A stretch of 64,000 nt of DNA from Deltaproteobacteria bacterium (GTDB taxonomy: Bacteria; Myxococcota_A; Polyangia; Polyangiales; Houyiibacteriaceae), in contig JAXMNT010000002.1 in assembly GCA_034670305.1 (NCBI GenBank), positions 96,001 through 160,000 of the forward strand, read 5' to 3'. The first letter of the stretch is position 1, and each line of letters begins with the position of its first letter. The notes under the pieces were generated by a model, which made no database searches, was not told where the DNA came from, and saw nothing but the letters and a program-made list of their open reading frames with translations. Shown here one piece after another: positions 57,555 to 64,000 of this stretch. The translations under genes and the position numbers were made by a program.

Positions 57555-60500
57555 GTGAGCGACGAACGCACCGAGTCCACGATGGAGGTCTTGCTCGACG
57601 ATCTCGAGGAAGAAGCAGCCAAGGCGGGGAAGCCGGAACCCACTGGCGCGGTGCCGCCGCCCGCGCCCGCCGCCGCGCTCAAACCGTCGGTGCCCCCACC
57701 TCCGCCTGCGGCGGCTGCACGACCCGCGTCGATGCCGCCGCCCGCGCCGGGGGCACGCCCCAAAGCATCGGCACCCCCGCCCCCTCCAGCGGTCCCTCCC
57801 ACCCGGCCTCCACCGAGTTCGCCCGGCCTCGTCGCCGCCGCGCCACCCCCGGCCGGCCCGCCTCGCGCCGCGCCGCCGGCGTCCCCGAAGAAAGCCGCGC
57901 CCGAGTTCGCACCGCTCTCCGATGTCGCCGCGCCGGTCTCGGACCCTGCGATGAGCGTGGAGCTCGAAGAGATCTCCGACGCGTTCGCGGAGGAGTCGAT
58001 CGAAGCGGCGAAGGAACTCGTGGCCGATTGCGAAGCCGCCATCCGAGCCACCGAGGATCCGCGCCGGCTGGCCCGGTTGCACTTCGAGATCGCGCGGCTG
58101 CACGAGTCGCCGATCGGTGATCTGCGCAAGGCCGTCGCCCACTACCGCGAGGCGCTCGATCGCGCACCCGAACACCTTCCGACGCTCCGCGGCACCCGGC
58201 GCGTCTTGATCGCACGCCGCAGTTTTCAGGCCGCGCTCCAGCTCTTCGACGACGAGGTGCGCATCACGCCCGACCCCGCGCGCAAGGCTGCGCTGGTCCA
58301 CCAGAAAGGTCGCGTCCTCGAAGACGTGCTCGGCCGGAAGCAAGACGCCGGCGATGCCTACGCGACCGCACTCGAACTCGACCCCGGCAACCCGGTCATC
58401 CTGCGGTCGCTGTCCGACCGGTACATCGAAGAGAAACGTTGGTCGGATCTCGAGCGGGTGCTCAAGCAGGCCGCCAACAGCGTCAGCGACGACCCGAGGC
58501 ACCGCGCCGCACTCGTCGCGTGGCGCGCGCGACTCGCAGAACGGGAAGCGAACGATCCAGAGAAGGCGACCGAGCTCTACGAGATCGCACTGCGGCTGGA
58601 CCCACGGGCGAGTGGTGCGCTCGCCGCACTCAAACGCCTGCATCACGCCCACCGCCGCTGGCGCGACCTCATCCGCGTGCTCTCGGTCGAAGCAGAGCTG
58701 ACCGAACAGGCGGAGGTCGCGACGAGCGCCCTCTTTCGAATCGGCCAACTGCACAGCCAGCGACTCGGCAACCGGGACGAAGCGATCACCGCACTCGAGC
58801 GCGCGGTGGAGTTCGCGCCCGGCGACGCGATCATCCTCGACGAGCTCGCACGACTCTACGAAGAGGCCGGGCGCTGGGACGCGCTCGCCAAGGTGCTGCA
58901 ACAACTGACGCAAACCGCACGCGATCACACCGCGCGTCTCGGACTGCTGCACCGAATTGGCGACCTCTACGCCACGCGCCTCAACCAGGAGGCCGGCGCC
59001 ATTCATTGGTTCGCGGCCGCGCTCGCGATCGAGAGCACCCACCTCCCCACCCTGCAGGCCCTGGCCCCCCTCTACACCAAAGCGGAGCGGTGGGACGCGC
59101 TGGTGCAGATGTACCTGGACGAGGCCGAGAACGCGTCCAACGGCGAACGGCGTGCCGCGGCCTACGCGCGCATCGGCGACCTGATGGAGGGACAGCTCGG
59201 CGAGGTCGGCGGCGCGATCGAACACCACGAGAAAGCGCTCGCGACACGTCCCGGATACGAGCCCTCGTTCAAAGCGCTCGCGCGGCTCTACGCCAGCACC
59301 GGGCGGCACCGCGAACTGGTGGACCTGCACGAGCGGGCGGTCGACGTGTCGGACCCGGACCGCGCGGTGGCGCACTTGATGAAGGTGGGTCAGCTCCACG
59401 AAGAAGCGCTCGCGGACCCGGCCAACGCAGCGCACGCCTACAAACGCATCCTTCAGTTCCAGCCCGGCAACCTCGGCGCCATCCACGCCTTGCAGCGCGC
59501 GACCGAGACTGGAGGCCGTTTCCGAGAGCACGTCGAAGCGCTCGAAGGCGAGGTCGAACGCACCCAAGATCTGGATCGCAAAGTCGCGCTCCTGCATCGG
59601 GCAGGCGAAGTGCTGGAAGAGAAACTCGGGGACCGAGAAGGCGCGCTTCGGCGGTACCGCAGCGTGCTCGACATCGCGCCCGCGTACCCGCCGGTGCTGC
59701 AGAGTCTTGGGCGGCTCTACAACTCGCTCGGACGCTGGGAAGACCTGCTCGAGGTCTACCGCAAAGAACTCGCACTCGACCCGAGCGGCACCTCGGCGGC
59801 GGGTCTGCTGCATCGCATGGGCGAGCTTTGCGAACACCGCATCGGGCGAGAGAAAGACGCGCTCGATCACTACCGCAAGGCGCTCGACATCGAGCCCACG
59901 CACGGTCCGGCGCTTCACGCACTGACGCGCAAGCTGCGCGCGGCCGAACGATGGGAGGGCTTGGTGGAGGTGCTGCTCGTACAGCTCACCGGTCTGAGCG
60001 ACCCACGCACGCGCGCCCGGGTCGCGTGCCAGGTCGGTGAGGTGCGCGAAGAGCGCATCGGCGACATGAAGCTGGCGCTCGAGAGCTACCAGCAGGCGCT
60101 CAAGGAGTGCCCCGATCACCGGCCCGCGCTCGACGCAGTGACCCGCCTGCGCACCAAAGAGAACGGCTGGGCCGCGCTCGCGGGCGACCTCCAGAACGAG
60201 TCGACCGCCTCGTCCGATCCCCTTCTGAAGATCGACGCGGCGGTCCGTCGCGGCTCGCTCTACGCGGAGGAACTCGGAGAGCCGCGCAAAGCCATCACCG
60301 CGTTCGAAGAAGTGCTTGGCCAGGATCCGACCCACCTTGGGGCGCTGTTGGCGCTCGAGGAACTCTACCGGCGTGTGGGCGCCTGGGAACCGCTCTCCCG
60401 CGTGCTCGCCGCGCAGGCGAACGCGTTCGTGGACCCGCTCGCGCGCATCGGTGCACTCGAAGCCCGGGCCGCGCTACTCAGCGGACGCGGCGTCGGTACG

Positions 60501-62918
60501 CAAGAAGATCTCGGCGTGCTCTACGAGACCATTCTCAGCATCCATCCGGGTCATCCGGATGCGTTGCGGGGACTCGAAGCCGTCGCGCTCGCGATGCAAG
60601 ACCCGGCGCGCCTCGCCGACGCAGACCGCCGCTTGGCCCAGCTCGCGGACGACGCATCCGTGCGCGCGATGCACACCGCGCGCCTCGGAGAGTGCCTGGA
60701 GGCGCTCGGGCGCGAAGGCGCACTCGATGCGTTCCGCGAAGCGATTCGCTACGACCCGGAACATCTCGGCGCGACGCGTGGACTCAGCCGCATCGCCGCG
60801 CACCTCGACGACCCGGCGGTGCTCGCCGAAGCCGCGCGCCAGGAAGCCTCGGTGTCGCACGACCCAGCGACGATCGCGCGGCTGCTCGCGCAGAGCGCGG
60901 AGGTGCGCACCCACCGCCTGGGCGACATCGAAGGCGCGCTGGAAGATCTCGAACGTGGCCTCGAGACGTGCCCAGACTCCGAAGAAGCGGCCCACGGCCT
61001 GACGCGACTCTTGAGCGCGCGTGGCGAACCCGCGCGGCTCATCGATCGGCTCAGCCGGGCGGCCGGTTCCGCATCGCTCGGACATCGGTCCACCGAGCTC
61101 TGGCTCCAGATCGCCGACTTGCAGGCGGCACAGAACAACCTCGGTGGCGCGCTCGCCGCGCTGGACCGCATCCTGCGGAGCGCCTCGAACCACGTCCCAG
61201 CGCTTCGAAAGAGCGCGACGTTCCTCCAGCGCGATGGTCAATGGGCGGAAGCCGCCGCAGCCCTCGACCGGTTGGTCCGGCTCGCCCCCGATGAAACGGT
61301 CTTGGTGCAATCGCACCTCGAATTGGCCCAACTCTGGTCCACGAAGCTCGGGGACTCCAACCGAGCCCTCGTGAGCTTGCAGGCCGTGCTCACCATCGAC
61401 GCCGCGCATGTCGACGCGCTGCGCCAGCTCTCGGAGCTGCACGAACTCGAAGGCCGGCTCGACGAAGCCGCCGACGCGGTCTCCTTGCTGCTCGCCGAAC
61501 TCACCGGCGCGGAACGGGCACCCGACCTGGTCCGGCTGGCGCGCCTCGAGCGATCCCGCGACAACGACATCGCCGCCGTCGAGGCGCTTCGAGAGGCGGT
61601 CGCGTTCGAAGGCCCTGGCTCCGAGTCCGCGATCGAGTGCAAGGCGCTCTGCAACAGCACCGCGCAGTGGACGCAGTACCTGACCTCGCTCGAAACCCAC
61701 CTGAAGGGCCAAGCGCCCGAGTCCGCGTCGCTGACCTACCTCGAGATGGCGCGGGTGCTCTTCGACCAACTCGAGCGACCGGCCGAGTCGATCGACGTGC
61801 TCCAGCGCGGCCTGGAGTTGACCGGCGACACCCAGCTGCAGCGCGAGCTCGCGTTGCGCCTGCGCATGTCTGGTCGTCACGACGAAGCGGTCGAGACGCT
61901 GCAGCTCTTGGGCGCTGCCGAAGCCAGCCGCATCGACACCTGGCGGGAGCTGGTGCGCACGTACACCGAAGCGGGTCGACCCAACGAAGCGCGCCTGGCC
62001 GGAGACGCGTTGCGGCTCCTCGGCGCGGCGACCGAACGCGAGCAGTCCGTGCTTGGTCGCAACCCTCCCCGTCCCGGCGGCGCGCGGCCCGGTTCGCTCG
62101 CGCCGCTGCTCGATCGCCTGGGCAGCCCGAGCGCACGACAGACCGCGACCGGCAACCTGCTGCGCTCCCTCGAAGCGGCGCTCGCCAAGTTGTATCCGCC
62201 GGACCTGGAGAGTTACGGCCTCTCGAGCCGCGACAAACTCACGACCCGCGCCGGCAGCCCGCTCAAGCACCTCGCGGACCAGCTGGCCGCCATTCTCGGC
62301 GTCGAGTCGTACGAGCTCTACGTACACCGCGCGCGCACCCGCGGGCTCGGCCTGGAGCTCGGCACACCGTCCATGATCATCGTGCCGGCCGCGGTCGCCG
62401 AGTTGTCGAAGGCGCAGCAGGTGTTCCTGCTCGCGCGCCCGCTCGTCCACATCGCGCGCGGCTACTCCGCGGTCGACAAACTCACACCTCGCGAACTCGA
62501 GGTCTTGTTGGCCTCCGCCGCCCGCAACGTGCGGGCGGGCTACGGCGCCGGACTGACCAGCGAAGAGTTCTTGGACGACCAAGCCAAGCGGCTCTACAAG
62601 GCGCTCTCTCGCCGACAGCGCAAGGCCATGGAAGAAGCCGGCCGCGCGTACGTGGAGGCCGGGCGCGTCGACTTCGCCCGGTGGGTCCACAGCGCGCGCC
62701 GCACCAGCCACCGCGTGGCGGCGCTGCTGTCCGATGATCTCATGGCCACCATCGAGGTCCTTCGCCGCACCGAACGGGACCTCGCAGGCCTCGATGGCCC
62801 AGCCCTCGTCCGGTCTTCCGACACCGTCTCGGACCTGCTCACGTTCTGGGCGTCCAAGGCGGCCATGCACGTACGAAAACACACCGGGCTCTTGCAAGAC
62901 CCGAGCGCCCTGCCATGA
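57555..62918 (+). CDS. Giant TPR-repeat protein with Pro-rich N-terminus (AgmK-like architecture)
   Basis: Many A...Y..AL..DP....AL..L.RLY....RW..L units over about 1400 aa. Confidence 0.88.
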   Translation: MSDERTESTMEVLLDDLEEEAAKAGKPEPTGAVPPPAPAAALKPSVPPPPPAAAARPASMPPPAPGARPKASAPPPPPAVPPTRPPPSSPGLVAAAPPPAGPPRAAPPASPKKAAPEFAPLSDVAAPVSDPAMSVELEEISDAFAEESIEAAKELVADCEAAIRATEDPRRLARLHFEIARLHESPIGDLRKAVAHYREALDRAPEHLPTLRGTRRVLIARRSFQAALQLFDDEVRITPDPARKAALVHQKGRVLEDVLGRKQDAGDAYATALELDPGNPVILRSLSDRYIEEKRWSDLERVLKQAANSVSDDPRHRAALVAWRARLAEREANDPEKATELYEIALRLDPRASGALAALKRLHHAHRRWRDLIRVLSVEAELTEQAEVATSALFRIGQLHSQRLGNRDEAITALERAVEFAPGDAIILDELARLYEEAGRWDALAKVLQQLTQTARDHTARLGLLHRIGDLYATRLNQEAGAIHWFAAALAIESTHLPTLQALAPLYTKAERWDALVQMYLDEAENASNGERRAAAYARIGDLMEGQLGEVGGAIEHHEKALATRPGYEPSFKALARLYASTGRHRELVDLHERAVDVSDPDRAVAHLMKVGQLHEEALADPANAAHAYKRILQFQPGNLGAIHALQRATETGGRFREHVEALEGEVERTQDLDRKVALLHRAGEVLEEKLGDREGALRRYRSVLDIAPAYPPVLQSLGRLYNSLGRWEDLLEVYRKELALDPSGTSAAGLLHRMGELCEHRIGREKDALDHYRKALDIEPTHGPALHALTRKLRAAERWEGLVEVLLVQLTGLSDPRTRARVACQVGEVREERIGDMKLALESYQQALKECPDHRPALDAVTRLRTKENGWAALAGDLQNESTASSDPLLKIDAAVRRGSLYAEELGEPRKAITAFEEVLGQDPTHLGALLALEELYRRVGAWEPLSRVLAAQANAFVDPLARIGALEARAALLSGRGVGTQEDLGVLYETILSIHPGHPDALRGLEAVALAMQDPARLADADRRLAQLADDASVRAMHTARLGECLEALGREGALDAFREAIRYDPEHLGATRGLSRIAAHLDDPAVLAEAARQEASVSHDPATIARLLAQSAEVRTHRLGDIEGALEDLERGLETCPDSEEAAHGLTRLLSARGEPARLIDRLSRAAGSASLGHRSTELWLQIADLQAAQNNLGGALAALDRILRSASNHVPALRKSATFLQRDGQWAEAAAALDRLVRLAPDETVLVQSHLELAQLWSTKLGDSNRALVSLQAVLTIDAAHVDALRQLSELHELEGRLDEAADAVSLLLAELTGAERAPDLVRLARLERSRDNDIAAVEALREAVAFEGPGSESAIECKALCNSTAQWTQYLTSLETHLKGQAPESASLTYLEMARVLFDQLERPAESIDVLQRGLELTGDTQLQRELALRLRMSGRHDEAVETLQLLGAAEASRIDTWRELVRTYTEAGRPNEARLAGDALRLLGAATEREQSVLGRNPPRPGGARPGSLAPLLDRLGSPSARQTATGNLLRSLEAALAKLYPPDLESYGLSSRDKLTTRAGSPLKHLADQLAAILGVESYELYVHRARTRGLGLELGTPSMIIVPAAVAELSKAQQVFLLARPLVHIARGYSAVDKLTPRELEVLLASAARNVRAGYGAGLTSEEFLDDQAKRLYKALSRRQRKAMEEAGRAYVEAGRVDFARWVHSARRTSHRVAALLSDDLMATIEVLRRTERDLAGLDGPALVRSSDTVSDLLTFWASKAAMHVRKHTGLLQDPSALP

Positions 62919-63048
62919 GTAGTGCTCCCCGCGGTGAAGCCAAGCGAAGCGAAGGCGCGTCACCGAGACGACGGGGTTTGGGGGCGGTGCCCCCAAGAAG
63001 TACTGGCTAGTCCGCGCCGACGCGTGGACCGTTGCGGAACGGAGATCG

Positions 63049-64000
63049 ATGGCGCGCGCACGAATCTTGGTGGTCGACGACAGCGCGACCGTGCGCCGCG
63101 TGGCGTGCCGAACGCTGCGCGACGCGGGCCACGACGTCAGCGAAGCCGAAGACGGTCAGGTCGGCATCGAACTCGCCCAGCGGGTGGTCCCGGATCTGGT
63201 GCTCCTCGATGCGGTCATGCCCAAGCTCGATGGCGAAGGGTTCTGCCGGGCGCTGCGGTCCATCTCCAATCTGCGCGACGTGCCGGTTGTGTTGATGAGC
63301 GCGCGCGCCGACAAAATCGCGCACCGGTTCATGGCCGTCACCGGGGCGGTGGATTCGATCGCGAAGCCGTTCGCACCGGAGGCACTGCTCGCGGTCGCCG
63401 CCCATGCACTGGAACGGGCGAAAGGCGAAGCGCCCGAGACAGAAGCGACCCCGGAAGACCGGGCGTCGGAGCGCGCCGCCCTCGCCGACCAACTGCGCGA
63501 GGTCCTCGAAGACGCGGGGGTCGAGTCCCTCGGCGCGCTGTCCGACGATGCGCTCGTTTCGCTGGCGGAGTCGCTCGGAGAGACGGTGCGCGGCGGCGAG
63601 TCCGCGTTCATGGGGCGGCTCGAGCACATCGCACTCGGCGAAGTGCTCCAAATGCTCCAACACCAGGTGCAGACCGGCGTGCTCCGGGTGCAGGACGACG
63701 AAGGACGGCGGGTGGAGGTGTGCCTGCGAGACGGCAACGTGGACGCAACGGTGGGGCGCCTCGGCAAAGTCGAGTTCCTGCTCGGCCGCTACCTCGTCGC
63801 CGAAGGCCTCGTCGATCCACGGGACCTGGAACGGCTGCTCGCACGCCGCTCCCAACGCACGCAAGAGACGAAGGGGGCCGACGAAGCGTTCCTCGGAACC
63901 CAGCTCATCAAGCTTGGGTACATCGGGCGGGACGACCTTGACCAAGCACTGACCCGACAGACGAGTGAGCTCATCTACGAGGCGCTCCGATGGCCGAGAG
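63049..64000 (+). CDS. Response regulator with DUF4388-like domain, 3'-truncated by the window edge
   Basis: MARARILVVDDSATVR, LLDAVMPKLDG, IAKPF, GRLEHIALGEVLQML..QTGVL. GGAG RBS. Absent from the ORF track because there is no stop in the window. Confidence 0.9.
   Translation, partial: MARARILVVDDSATVRRVACRTLRDAGHDVSEAEDGQVGIELAQRVVPDLVLLDAVMPKLDGEGFCRALRSISNLRDVPVVLMSARADKIAHRFMAVTGAVDSIAKPFAPEALLAVAAHALERAKGEAPETEATPEDRASERAALADQLREVLEDAGVESLGALSDDALVSLAESLGETVRGGESAFMGRLEHIALGEVLQMLQHQVQTGVLRVQDDEGRRVEVCLRDGNVDATVGRLGKVEFLLGRYLVAEGLVDPRDLERLLARRSQRTQETKGADEAFLGTQLIKLGYIGRDDLDQALTRQTSELIYEALRWPR

Overview
High-GC bacterial chromosome segment, almost certainly Myxococcota/Polyangia (inferred from MYXO-CTERM and MopE-motif surface proteins, DUF4388 response regulators, a giant TPR protein, a K/A-rich RpoD N-terminus and an RpoH-like sigma). 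It is mostly core genome: rluB, lepA, miaB, tamA/tamB-like, glmM, tilS-ftsH-folP-cdaA-cdaR, recJ, yajC-secD-secF, glnE, ilvE, dnaG-rpoD-tRNA-Ile2, nadC-birA, ygfZ-erpA and an rpoH-like gene. Single accessory surface-protein genes sit between these blocks. I found no intact transposase, integrase, prophage, reverse transcriptase or CRISPR. The least explained signals are non-coding. (1) A family of hexamer arrays (TCGGCN and GGGCAM types) twice occurs as inverted pairs enclosing cargo. One pair encloses remnants resembling a four-helix-bundle gene and an IS5 transposase, inside IS5-like termini. The other encloses a TPR + C-type-lectin gene pair. (2) A TGn-TAnnnn-N6-start signature precedes many genes and suggests pervasive leaderless transcription. 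(3) A palindromic operator lies in the promoter of an RHH gene upstream of lepA. (4) Synonymous A/T-rich patches occur inside secD and dnaG. (5) Two conserved gene neighbourhoods (cdaR-glmM, secF-recJ) have their last gene flipped. All protein identifications are from motif recognition, not database searches.
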